Source: a virus. Taken from it: a stretch of DNA of 64,000 nt. This document shows positions 39,917 through 49,349 of this stretch, piece after piece. The number at the start of each line of letters is the position of its first letter. Within the stretch, counting starts at the first letter, position 1. The position numbers and the translations under genes are program-made. The notes under the pieces are model-generated. The model saw only the letters and a program-made list of their open reading frames with translations, was not told the DNA's origin and did not search any database. The DNA lies in the IMG/VR virus record IMGVR_UViG_3300044957_000729. The stretch is one strand, 5' to 3'.

Positions 39917-40464
39917 TATTTAGGTTCGATGATGTCTGCATAAATGCTGACATGGATCTCATTAACGATATGACAGATTTTCTTTTTGTAAGATTCCCTG
40001 ACTGCGAAGTTTTATGGGGGGTTTCACCGCTAGTCAATGATATGTCAAAAGAAGAAACTAATGTGGGTAAACAAAGGATATTTCCTAAGATATTAAATGC
40101 CTATTCAGATCATAGAAAATTTTACTCTGTTGATAAAGCAGGCCTTCCTAAATTACACACTAAAGCTAAAATGGCTTCTCATGGCCTTTTACATGTTGAT
40201 CATAGATTACTAACTAAAGAAGCTCAAGAGATGAGTATATTGGTTAGCTCTAGCTTGGCAAAAGCAAATGTGTTTATACCTCCTTTTAATAAATGGAATG
40301 CTGATACAGAGAGTATATGCAATGAGCACGGAATAGAGCTAATTAAATTTGAGGATGGATGGCTTTGTATGGAGTACAATAAATTTAATCCATTTCACAA
40401 AAAATGGTATCTACACGCAAGAGAATTTAACCTTGATCAATTTATTAAATGGTTCGATGCTTAA
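39904..40464 (+). CDS. NodB/polysaccharide deacetylase-like
   Basis: IFRFDDV, SHGLLH, FIPPFN. Confidence 0.65.
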   Translation: MEKMIFRFDDVCINADMDLINDMTDFLFVRFPDCEVLWGVSPLVNDMSKEETNVGKQRIFPKILNAYSDHRKFYSVDKAGLPKLHTKAKMASHGLLHVDHRLLTKEAQEMSILVSSSLAKANVFIPPFNKWNADTESICNEHGIELIKFEDGWLCMEYNKFNPFHKKWYLHAREFNLDQFIKWFDA

Positions 40465-41022
40465 TTTAGATAAAATCTATAGGGATAAATTTCAATCTAA
40501 TAACGAGGTTAAATCCTTAGGATGGGGAAGTAAATACTCACAAGAGAAAAGATTTGAAGTTTTATTAGAAATACCAGGTTTTAAAAAAACGGATAGTGTT
40601 CTCGATGTAGGATGTGGATATGGTGATTTATCAAAGCATATTGAAAACTATACCGGGATCGATTTAAGAAAAAGTGCAATAGATGTAGCATGTAAAAAAT
40701 ATGGTGATTCTAAATTCTTTCATTGTGATATTTTTTCTATAGATTCCACCTATGATTGGGTATTTGGATCTGGTATATTTTGTTTTACTAAGGATTGGAA
40801 AAAATATACAGAACTACATATTAATAGAATGTACTCAATATCCAATAAAGGTACTGCATTCAATTTCCTCTCTTATAAAATAAAATAAATGGTAAAAAAA
40901 TGAGAGGTATGAAGTATGCTAAAATACAAGAAGCTGTTTCTATAGTTTATCCTATATGCAAAAAATTCTCAGTTAGACGTGACTATTTAGATAATGACTT
41001 TACAATATACTTACATAAATGA
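40457..41022 (+). pseudogene. Class I SAM methyltransferase frameshifted by an extra ATAAA unit
   Basis: SLGW..Q..RF, VLDVGCGYG, AFNFLS. (ATAAA)3 at 40875-40889; with two units the frame reads into NGKK..RRDYLDNDFTIYLHK, ending in an ATGA overlap. Confidence 0.8.
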
Positions 41023-41504
41023 AAAAAGAATTAATAGACCATAAATGGGGAGGATCTGGGATAGAAAAGGAACTTTTTGATTTTATTCTTAAAAGATTCC
41101 CTGAAGGATCTACAATAATAGAATTAGGATCTGGATATTGCAGTACTAAAGCATTCTCATTATACTATGACACATATTCTATAGATGAGAATGCTGATTA
41201 TATAAACATCTTTGATGGAGTAAAATACCTTCATTCACCAAAAAAAGATGGGTGGTACGACAGAGATAGTGTGAAAGATTTTCTACCAATCGAATACTCT
41301 CTTGTTTTTGTCGACGGCCCTTCTGGTGAAGGTAATAGAGACGGATTAATAAGAAATCTAGATTTATTTAGAAGTGATGCTTCTTTTATTTTTAATGACA
41401 CATATAGGGATCCTGAAAAAAATCTAGCAGTCGAGATATCCAGAATCTTAAATAGACCTGTAAAATTTTATGAGACGTCAGATTTTTGGGGTTATATAAA
41501 ATAA
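41019..41504 (+). CDS. Methyltransferase-like
   Basis: IIELGSG, VFVDGP. Confidence 0.65.
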   Translation: MKKELIDHKWGGSGIEKELFDFILKRFPEGSTIIELGSGYCSTKAFSLYYDTYSIDENADYINIFDGVKYLHSPKKDGWYDRDSVKDFLPIEYSLVFVDGPSGEGNRDGLIRNLDLFRSDASFIFNDTYRDPEKNLAVEISRILNRPVKFYETSDFWGYIK

Positions 41505-41509
41505 AATCC

Positions 41510-42067
41510 ATGACAATATCGATACATCAGCCTAACTTTTTTCCTTATTATCCTTTCTTTCAGAAAATGAATGATTCTGACATTTTTGTAATACTTAAGC
41601 ATTGTCAGTTCGAAAAGAATAATTATCAAAACAGATTTAATAAAGATGGAAGGTGGCACACAATGTCAGTAAATAAAGGTTTATATCCGATAAATACTAA
41701 AGTATACATTAATCCTGAAAAAGATTGGGAAAGAATAAAGAATAATCTATCTGATTACAAGAATATTTTAAACCAATTTGATGATTGTATTAGTTCTAAT
41801 CTATCCGAGACTAATATATCAATAATAATGAAAATAAGAGACATTCTTGGAATTAAAACTAAAATCCTGTTAGATTATCCTACAGATCTTTTATCTACTG
41901 AAAGACTTGTAAATATATGTATAAAGAACGGTGCTAATAAGTACATCTCTGGAATTTCCGGATCTAAATATCTAGATTTGAATTTATTTAAGGAAAATAA
42001 TATAGATGTTGTTTTTCAAAACCCAGATGAGATGATAAGTAAGCCTATAATAGAATTTTTAAAATGA
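41510..42067 (+). CDS. WbqC-like protein
   Basis: IHQPNFFPY, QFEKNNYQNR, TERLV, YISG.SG..YL. Confidence 0.85.
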   Translation: MTISIHQPNFFPYYPFFQKMNDSDIFVILKHCQFEKNNYQNRFNKDGRWHTMSVNKGLYPINTKVYINPEKDWERIKNNLSDYKNILNQFDDCISSNLSETNISIIMKIRDILGIKTKILLDYPTDLLSTERLVNICIKNGANKYISGISGSKYLDLNLFKENNIDVVFQNPDEMISKPIIEFLK

Positions 42068-42915
42068 TTAATAGAATAATAGTAAGTTCTGATGATTCAG
42101 ATTTTCTAAATTTCTGGCCAGTTGTTTCTCAAGCGTGGAAAAAGTTCTTTCCCGAGGCTAAAATAACATTAGCTTTTGTTACGGATAGAGATAACGTAGA
42201 TTTTTTGAATAAATTAGAGTCCTTTGGTGATGTTTATTTATTTCCGAGAGATAAATCCGTTCCATCTGCAAACCAAGCTAAAATATGCAGGCACATTTTA
42301 GCATGTCTATTTTATGATGAAGTCTCTATGATAGAAGATATAGATACTGTTCCTATGCAGAGGAAGTTTATTGAGAAAATAGCATATGAATATGAAGATG
42401 GAAAAATACTTTTTGTTGGTAAAGAAGTTTATAATAATACACCCGACGAGGGAAAAATTCCAATTAGTAACATGACTGGTAGAGGATCAGATTTCTCTGT
42501 TATTTTTGACCCTAATTCTATCATTAGAAAAAGCATAGAAGGTAAAAGATTTACTGAAGATATATTTAAAATTTGGGATGAATGGAAATTGCTGAACGTT
42601 TTCGACCAAAAAGAATCAATTTTAAATACCCCGGATCCTTTAGGAATAAGAGGATTTTCTGATGAATCGATGATTAGAGCATTAATAGAGAAAACATCAT
42701 CACATAGTATTACCAAAAAAATAAACAGATCCGTTGATATAAGAGATAAATGGATTGACAGATCCTGGTGGAGTATAGACGAAGTAAAAATGAAAAATGA
42801 GCACTACGTTCTATGTAATTTTTTAAGACCTTTTAGATCTAATTATATTATGTGTAAACCGGTTATAGATTTTATATTTGAAAAAAATATGGAATCTTAC
42901 CCTTTCCTTATCTAG
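42064..42915 (+). CDS. Putative glycosyltransferase
   Basis: FLNFWP, EDIDTVP, SDE, WIDR; paralogue of 32678..33415. Confidence 0.6.
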   Translation: MINRIIVSSDDSDFLNFWPVVSQAWKKFFPEAKITLAFVTDRDNVDFLNKLESFGDVYLFPRDKSVPSANQAKICRHILACLFYDEVSMIEDIDTVPMQRKFIEKIAYEYEDGKILFVGKEVYNNTPDEGKIPISNMTGRGSDFSVIFDPNSIIRKSIEGKRFTEDIFKIWDEWKLLNVFDQKESILNTPDPLGIRGFSDESMIRALIEKTSSHSITKKINRSVDIRDKWIDRSWWSIDEVKMKNEHYVLCNFLRPFRSNYIMCKPVIDFIFEKNMESYPFLI

Positions 42916-42943
42916 AAACTATTTTTTAATTTTTTTGTATAAT
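42915..42943 (+). promoter_or_regulatory. GAAA-N19-TATAAT promoter motif
   Basis: Upstream of fcl. Confidence 0.7.
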
Positions 42944-42956
42944 TTTAAAATCGATA

Positions 42957-43883
42957 ATGAAAGTTTGCGTATTAGGATCTAGTGGATTAGTTGGATCCAA
43001 TCTATACAAAAAATATTTAGAGAAATATCCAGAGGATAGCATCTTAGCTCCTAAGAGATATAATTTGAATTTAACTTCTTGGAAGGATACCATAGATTAC
43101 TTTTTAACACATAAGCCTGACGTTGTTTTTCTTTGTGCTGCCAAAGTTGGTGGTATAAAAGCAAATAATGATAATAAAGCTAGTTTTATAACTACTAACC
43201 TAAAGATACAAACAAATGTTATTGAATCTTGTCATTTGTCGGGTGTTAAAAAATTAGTTTTTCTTGGATCTTCTTGCATATACCCTAAAAATTGTCCGCA
43301 GCCTATAAAGGAAGAATATCTTTTAACTGGACCTTTAGAAGAAACTAATGATGCTTATGCTATAGCAAAGATAGCTGGTATTAAGATGTGTCAATCGTAT
43401 AGACAGCAGTACGGCACAGATTATATCTCTGTTATGCCTTGTAATCTTTATGGGCCAGGTGATAATTTTGATCTTAATACAAGTCACGTTCTCCCCGCTC
43501 TAATTAGAAAATTTCACGAGGCTAAAAAAAATAATCTCCCTGAGGTTGAAGTGTGGGGTACTGGAAAACCAATGAGGGAATTTTTATACGTTGAAGATTT
43601 AGCTGAAGCGCTTATTTATTTATCAGAAAATTATTCTTCGGATAAAATAATAAACGTGGGATCAGGGGAAGACATTTCTATATCAGATCTTTCTAATCTC
43701 ATAGCTAAGGTTGTTGACTATACTGGATCTATAAGATTCAATACGGATTACCCCGATGGGACTTATCGTAAAGTTATGGATGTTTCTAGAATTTTTGAAA
43801 TAGGATGGAGACCTAAACATAGCATAGAAGAGGGGATTAAAAAAACTTATGAATATTATCTATACCGATATGACCGGAAATAA
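42957..43883 (+). CDS. fcl: GDP-L-fucose synthase
   Basis: GSSGLVG, AAKVGGI, LGSSCIYP, YAIAK, PCNLYGPGDNF, SHVLPAL. Confidence 0.95.
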   Translation: MKVCVLGSSGLVGSNLYKKYLEKYPEDSILAPKRYNLNLTSWKDTIDYFLTHKPDVVFLCAAKVGGIKANNDNKASFITTNLKIQTNVIESCHLSGVKKLVFLGSSCIYPKNCPQPIKEEYLLTGPLEETNDAYAIAKIAGIKMCQSYRQQYGTDYISVMPCNLYGPGDNFDLNTSHVLPALIRKFHEAKKNNLPEVEVWGTGKPMREFLYVEDLAEALIYLSENYSSDKIINVGSGEDISISDLSNLIAKVVDYTGSIRFNTDYPDGTYRKVMDVSRIFEIGWRPKHSIEEGIKKTYEYYLYRYDRK

Positions 43884-44041
43884 TAATTTAATAGATATAA
43901 AAAAATAAGGGAATTTGCTTTTGTACGGAATCTTTTAATATTGATGATCTATTAATAATACAAAATAAATTTTATGAAATAGGAATAAAATCTTCTATAC
44001 ATAAAAATAAAAGGATATATCTGGACAAAAAAATAAAATAA
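43870..44041 (+). pseudogene. Relic of a LAGLIDADG homing endonuclease
   Basis: 43901-44041 reads KNKGICFCTESFNIDDLLIIQNKFYEIGIKSSIHKNKRIYL; orphan ATG at 43870. Confidence 0.55.
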
Positions 44042-44083
44042 TTTTTTATAAAATAATTGAAGACGGAAAAATAAAAATACAGG

Positions 44084-45130
44084 ATGAGTACAAATATAAA
44101 TTCTTATAGCGGAAATAAAACTGCTTTAATACTAGGATTATCAGGGCAGGATGGGAGTTATCTTGCTGAACTTCTTTTAGAAAAAGGGTACGAGGTACAC
44201 GGAACAATCCGAAGATCGTCATCATTTAATACATGGAGGATAGACCATCTCAGAAAAAATCCAATGTTTAAGTGGCACTATGCTGATGTTACAGATCCTG
44301 TTTCTATTGGTAATTTGATTTCTGCAATTAATCCTGACGAGCTTTATAATTTAGCAGCACAAAGTCATGTTAAGATATCTTTTGAAATCCCTTATTATAC
44401 TGGACAAGTAGATGCTATAGGAACATTGAATGTTTTAGAAGCAATAAGAACACATTCTCCAAAAACAAAACTATACCAAGCTTCAACTTCTGAATTATAT
44501 GGTAAAGTACAAGAAATTCCACAGAAAGAAAGTACACCTTTTTATCCCCGAAGCCCTTATGGAGTTGCTAAACTATATGGATTTTGGATAATAAAAAATT
44601 ACAGGGAAGCATACAATATATTTGCTTGTAATGGAATATTATTCAACCACACTTCTCCTAGGAGAGGCGAAAACTTTGTGGAAAAAAAGATAGTCGATGG
44701 GCTGGTTGATATCAGTCTTGGAAAATCTAATATTTTAAGACTAGGAAATCTGAATTCTTCCAGAGATATAGGACATGCTAAAGAATATGTTGAAGGTATG
44801 TGGAGAATGCTACAACAAGAAACTCCTGCAGATTTTGTTCTAGCTACTGGTGTTTCCTACACGATAAGGGAGATATTAGAAATGACTGCTATTAAATTAG
44901 GGATGGAGATCGAATTCTCTGGCGAAGGAATTAATGAGATAGGGATTAGAAAAGACAATGGCAATAAAATAATAGAAATTGACAGTAAATATTTTAGACC
45001 ATCTGAGGTTGATCTATTGATAGGAGATGCTACGGAAGCTAAAAAGATATTAGGATGGGAACCAAAGTTATCTTTATCCGATATAATAGATGAAATTATA
45101 GAAGATAAAATAAAATCTTATGGACTATAA
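44084..45130 (+). CDS. gmd: GDP-mannose 4,6-dehydratase
   Basis: GQDGSYLA, NLAAQSHV, QASTSELYG, PRSPYGVAK. Confidence 0.95.
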   Translation: MSTNINSYSGNKTALILGLSGQDGSYLAELLLEKGYEVHGTIRRSSSFNTWRIDHLRKNPMFKWHYADVTDPVSIGNLISAINPDELYNLAAQSHVKISFEIPYYTGQVDAIGTLNVLEAIRTHSPKTKLYQASTSELYGKVQEIPQKESTPFYPRSPYGVAKLYGFWIIKNYREAYNIFACNGILFNHTSPRRGENFVEKKIVDGLVDISLGKSNILRLGNLNSSRDIGHAKEYVEGMWRMLQQETPADFVLATGVSYTIREILEMTAIKLGMEIEFSGEGINEIGIRKDNGNKIIEIDSKYFRPSEVDLLIGDATEAKKILGWEPKLSLSDIIDEIIEDKIKSYGL

Positions 45131-45698
45131 TCTGTTAATAGAAAAAGAGATAGAATATCTAAGGAATATTCCAGTTGATAGGGTAAGTGACATAGTCAAT
45201 CAAATACACTGGTCGTTATCATCAGGAAGAATAATAACTTCAGGTATGGGAAAAGCAGGTCAGATAGCACACACGTTTGCAACCACTCTTTCGTCTACTG
45301 GTACTCCTGCATTTTTTCTCCATCCCTCCGAGGCACAGCATGGGGATCTTGGTATAGTTCAGCCCGGAGATATAATTATAGTTTTTAGTAATTCAGGAAA
45401 GACTAGAGAAGTTATTGAGCTCATAGATCTTATTCATAATCTTGAATATAAAAATTACATATATGCAGTAGTTGGAACCAAAACCGAAGATATCTCTATA
45501 AAATGTGCAGACTACATTGAATTTGGTCCTGTCGAGGAAATATGCCCTATTGGACTAACCCCGACAACTTCCACTACCTGTATGTCTGTTATATCTGATC
45601 TAATCGTAGTCGGTCTGATGGATAAGAATAATTTTACTAAGAAAGAATATTCAAAACTACATCATGGGGGATATCTCGGCGACAAATCAAGAAAATAA
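45120..45698 (+). CDS. kdsD: Arabinose-5-phosphate isomerase-like (SIS domain only)
   Basis: GMGKAG, FLHPSEAQHGDLG, SNSGKTRE, PTTSTT, HHGGYLG. Confidence 0.88.
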   Translation: MDYNLLIEKEIEYLRNIPVDRVSDIVNQIHWSLSSGRIITSGMGKAGQIAHTFATTLSSTGTPAFFLHPSEAQHGDLGIVQPGDIIIVFSNSGKTREVIELIDLIHNLEYKNYIYAVVGTKTEDISIKCADYIEFGPVEEICPIGLTPTTSTTCMSVISDLIVVGLMDKNNFTKKEYSKLHHGGYLGDKSRK

Positions 45699-46467
45699 GA
45701 TACTAATAGCAGGACCTTGTGTTATCCAAAGTTGGGACACGTGTTTTGAGATAGCAACAGAGGTTAGGAGATGTGGACTTCTCCATAATTTCCAAACAAT
45801 ATTTAAAGCAAGTTTTGATAAGGCTAATAGAACATCTACTGATGGCTTTAGAGGGATAGGTATAGATAAGGGTTTAGAAGTGCTAAGAAATATAAAAGCT
45901 CGTTTAAACATAGACATAATAACAGACGTGCACGAAACTAACCAGGTTGAAAAAGTGGCTTCTGTTGTTGATTATTTACAAATTCCTGCATTTCTATGTA
46001 GACAAACAGATCTAATAGAAGCTTGCGCTAAAACGGGTTTACCGGTTTTAATTAAGAAAGGTCAATTTCTTTCTCCTGAATCTTGTAAATTCATAGAGGA
46101 CAAATTTTATAATTTCGGTGGCAACGAGTTAATGATAGGCGAAAGAGGAAATACTTTTGGATATAATGATCTTATAGTTGATGCAACATCGATAACAAGA
46201 TTAAAAAAATCATGCGGAAGATCTAAAATAATTATGGACTGTACTCACAGTTTGCAAAGGCCTAATGGGACTAACGGGAAAACTGAAGGAAGAGGTGAAA
46301 TGATAGAGGACATGGTTAAGTTTGCTTCTGTTATGAATGCTGATGGATTATTTATAGAAACTCATCCCTATCCTAATCTTTCTCCTTCTGATTCGGAAAA
46401 TATGCTAGAACTTAATAAATTAGAGGGAATAATTAAAAAATCTAGATTAATATATGACACCCACTAA
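45664..46467 (+). CDS. kdsA: KDO 8-phosphate synthase
   Basis: IAGPCVI, KASFDKANRTS, QIPAFLCRQTDL, KKGQF, ERG, D.THS, SD. Confidence 0.93.
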   Translation: MGDISATNQENKILIAGPCVIQSWDTCFEIATEVRRCGLLHNFQTIFKASFDKANRTSTDGFRGIGIDKGLEVLRNIKARLNIDIITDVHETNQVEKVASVVDYLQIPAFLCRQTDLIEACAKTGLPVLIKKGQFLSPESCKFIEDKFYNFGGNELMIGERGNTFGYNDLIVDATSITRLKKSCGRSKIIMDCTHSLQRPNGTNGKTEGRGEMIEDMVKFASVMNADGLFIETHPYPNLSPSDSENMLELNKLEGIIKKSRLIYDTH

Positions 46468-47164
46468 ATTACTAGATATCGTTGTAATTAGCTATGCTAA
46501 GGACGATTATTGTAAAAATCTTACTAGAAGTTGTATAGCATCTATACTAAACTCAGAGAGCAATGCTATTAAAGATTTTAATATCATAGTGGTAGAATCT
46601 GAACCTGGTGTTAAATGGGAGGATTTAGCTGAAAATGTAAAAACATATGAAGCTCCTCTCCCTTATGGATATCACAAATTTTTAAATTTCGGTAGGAAGC
46701 AAGGAAATTCACCGTGGGTTGCTCTATGTAATAATGACCTGGAGTTTACTAAAGGATGGTTTACCAATATCATTAATGCTTCTAAAAATGTTCCTAGTGC
46801 AGTGTCTTTTTCTCCCATTTGCCCTAAAACCCAGACTCTTTATGGAATATATGAAAATACTGGATTAATCGAGGGATATGAAATAAGAAAGCATATATCA
46901 GGATGGTGTATAGTACATAAAAGGGAAATATACGATGCTATAGGAGATCTTGATGAAAGATTTCACCATTGGTTCTGCGATAATGATTACTCAATGGAAT
47001 TAATGAAAAATAGGATTAGACACCTACTAGTAACAAATTCAGTTGTTGTGCATCACGATAAAAACATAGGTAAGACAACAGAAAGAGTTGTAAGGGATTA
47101 CGATTTAATGTATAAAATGACTAGCGGATCTTACCCTGTATTTAAGGAAAAATGGAACTTATAA
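46454..47164 (+). CDS. GT2-like glycosyltransferase
   Basis: LCNND, SGWC, IGDLDERF..WFCDNDY. Confidence 0.8.
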   Translation: MTPTKLLDIVVISYAKDDYCKNLTRSCIASILNSESNAIKDFNIIVVESEPGVKWEDLAENVKTYEAPLPYGYHKFLNFGRKQGNSPWVALCNNDLEFTKGWFTNIINASKNVPSAVSFSPICPKTQTLYGIYENTGLIEGYEIRKHISGWCIVHKREIYDAIGDLDERFHHWFCDNDYSMELMKNRIRHLLVTNSVVVHHDKNIGKTTERVVRDYDLMYKMTSGSYPVFKEKWNL

Positions 47165-47174
47165 AAATATAGAT

Positions 47175-47795
47175 ATGACTAGATATGACATAATAAACAG
47201 GATTATTAAAAACAGAGGATATAAAAATTATCTTGAGATTGGTGTGAAAGATGGTGCATGCTTTAAGGAGATTTGCTGTGAAAATAAAACGGGAGTAGAT
47301 CCTGCTCCAATTTCCACAGACACTACCCACATAATGACATCAGATTCTTTTTTCAATTCTCTAGAGCCGGATCAAAAATTTGATATTATCTTTATTGATG
47401 GTTTACATTTGGAATATCAGGTAGATAGGGACATTGAAAACTCTTTAAATTATCTATCTGAAGGGGGAACTATTGTTTTACATGACTGTAATCCACCAAC
47501 TAAATCTCATGCGGAAGAGGGACCAGTTTTTACTGCGCCTGCAAATGGGAATTGGAACGGAACGGTATATCTTTCTTTAGTAAAATTGAGACTTTACAGG
47601 AACGATCTAAAATTGGTAACTGTTGACACTGACTGGGGAGTAGGAATATTAACTAGAGACGCTAGTGAAACACTTGATGTATTTCCTAGCGAGGCTACAA
47701 CCTGGGATTTTTTTACACGAAACAGACATATCGTATTAGATTTAATATCTCCTGAGGAATTTGAAGAAAATTATCCCGTTGATGAAACAGAATAG
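47175..47795 (+). CDS. Methyltransferase (Methyltransf_24-like)
   Basis: YLEIGV, GVDP, TSDSFF, IFIDGLH, LHDCNP. Confidence 0.85.
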   Translation: MTRYDIINRIIKNRGYKNYLEIGVKDGACFKEICCENKTGVDPAPISTDTTHIMTSDSFFNSLEPDQKFDIIFIDGLHLEYQVDRDIENSLNYLSEGGTIVLHDCNPPTKSHAEEGPVFTAPANGNWNGTVYLSLVKLRLYRNDLKLVTVDTDWGVGILTRDASETLDVFPSEATTWDFFTRNRHIVLDLISPEEFEENYPVDETE

Positions 47796-47834
47796 TTGGA
47801 AATTATTTATGAAATAAATCGTATAAAATGTAGT

Positions 47835-48095
47835 ATGAATCTAGAGGATGGTTTTAAGATAGTTATTTCTAGAGAGAAAGGTAAATCTTATATAGAAATA
47901 ACTAGACACAAGGATTCCTATATGAGAAATATACTTATAATAAATAGCTTTGGTAGTAAAAGATATGAAGGGACTTGGATAATAGAAAAAGATTTAGATG
48001 TCTGGATTTCTGCTTTAGCAAGGGAGGGATTTACAAAGATAAAAAATATAGAAGATGTGGAATCTCCTAAAAAAAGTACTAAAAAGAAAAAATAA
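47835..48095 (+). CDS. Hypothetical protein
   Basis: Start moved to ATG 47835, downstream of GAAA-N19-TATAAA (47799-47827). Confidence 0.6.
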   Translation: MNLEDGFKIVISREKGKSYIEITRHKDSYMRNILIINSFGSKRYEGTWIIEKDLDVWISALAREGFTKIKNIEDVESPKKSTKKKK

Positions 48096-48681
48096 TAATA
48101 TGGAAAACATAGAAGAGATAGATGTTGAGTTTCTTGACAGAGAGCTTAAACCTTTTCTTTATAAATGGACTAAAGGAGATAATTCCGGTACTGTTTGTGA
48201 ATACGAGAGAATATTTAAAGATACAACAACGGGAATAATATGGATAAACTTTAAGGGAGGCACAAGAATAAATTATGCACTGATAAATGAATATATGATG
48301 CAGATAGATTCTTCTTCTATAGTTCATAATGAGCCATTAGTACAAAATAGTAATCTTCCTGTTAAAAACGTGATGCTTTCAGAAGCTAAGGCTAAAGTTT
48401 CAGATTTAGAAAATCCTATAGTTTCTCTTTTACAAAAGCAAAAACCCAACTGGGTAGGGGTTGGGATTAATCTTAAGTTAAATCTTCCTACAAAAAATCT
48501 CTATAATGTTCTAACATCATCTTTCGATGATGCAGAAGAGGAAATTATAGAATTTGTTGTTAGGGATTTAGATATTGAAATAATAAAAGAGAGCCTGAGG
48601 ATAAATATAAAGGATATATATAAATCAAATGGAACTTTACGAAAAAGCGGAACAATTAGTAATACAAAAAACGAGGAATAG
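48055..48681 (+). CDS. Hypothetical protein (true start probably ATG 48100)
   Basis: ORF; an A-rich leader precedes MENIEE. Confidence 0.65.
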   Translation: MWNLLKKVLKRKNNNMENIEEIDVEFLDRELKPFLYKWTKGDNSGTVCEYERIFKDTTTGIIWINFKGGTRINYALINEYMMQIDSSSIVHNEPLVQNSNLPVKNVMLSEAKAKVSDLENPIVSLLQKQKPNWVGVGINLKLNLPTKNLYNVLTSSFDDAEEEIIEFVVRDLDIEIIKESLRINIKDIYKSNGTLRKSGTISNTKNEE

Positions 48682-49192
48682 AGAGGTCGTAGAAATAGAT
48701 GGCCATGTATTTATTAGACAGATAAATCCCGGGGTTATTATAATGCCCTACACTTTAAATGAGGAGGGATTTCCATCTAAAATAGGAATCATATCTGAAG
48801 TATTGGATCAACGTCCCGGAGGAATGGCAAAAACTCTAATAACCGGTTCACAAGATGATAAGGATTCTAACATATACCAAACAGCTGTTAGAGAAATGGA
48901 GGAGGAATCGGGATTCCTAGTCGAGGATCTTAAAAGATGGCAGTTCTTAGGGAGTTTATATACATCAAAAATGGTAATTAATTCTAATCCATGTTTTGCT
49001 GTGAATATTACCGGATTAGTTTCAGGAGAAAAAAAGACAGATGGCTCTAAAGCGGAGAAAGACACTAAGTTTGAACTTGTATCTATAGATGAGGCTCTAA
49101 ATTTAGGGGATTCTTTAGTTAGTACACTATTCATAAAAACATTCAAAGATATTTTTAGCACTAAAGAGGAAAAAGATGAATCTACCAAATAG
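48629..49192 (+). CDS. Nudix hydrolase
   Basis: GSQDDKD..QTAVREMEEESG; GATATATA at 48613-48620. Confidence 0.85.
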   Translation: MELYEKAEQLVIQKTRNREVVEIDGHVFIRQINPGVIIMPYTLNEEGFPSKIGIISEVLDQRPGGMAKTLITGSQDDKDSNIYQTAVREMEEESGFLVEDLKRWQFLGSLYTSKMVINSNPCFAVNITGLVSGEKKTDGSKAEKDTKFELVSIDEALNLGDSLVSTLFIKTFKDIFSTKEEKDESTK

Positions 49193-49349
49193 AAAAGAGA
49201 GAAGGAAAGCAGCAAAAGAGATGGGACTTCTGGGCAAGAAAAAAGAAGTTAGTGAGGATGCTAAAGAAAGAGCTAAAGTGATGGGTAATCTAATTAGACT
49301 CAGAAATTTGACCGAGCAAAGAAATAGAAAAAAAATAACTGATTTATAG
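49176..49349 (+). CDS. Small basic protein (57 aa), absent from the ORF track
   Basis: MNLPNRKERRKAAKEMGLLGKK... fills the gap between neighbours. Confidence 0.6.
   Translation: MNLPNRKERRKAAKEMGLLGKKKEVSEDAKERAKVMGNLIRLRNLTEQRNRKKITDL

Noticed and set aside
31532-47795. Bacterial O-antigen or capsule locus (host contamination)
   Set aside because: Flanked by phage genes, shares phage promoter motifs and composition, contains homing-endonuclease relics and lacks export genes.
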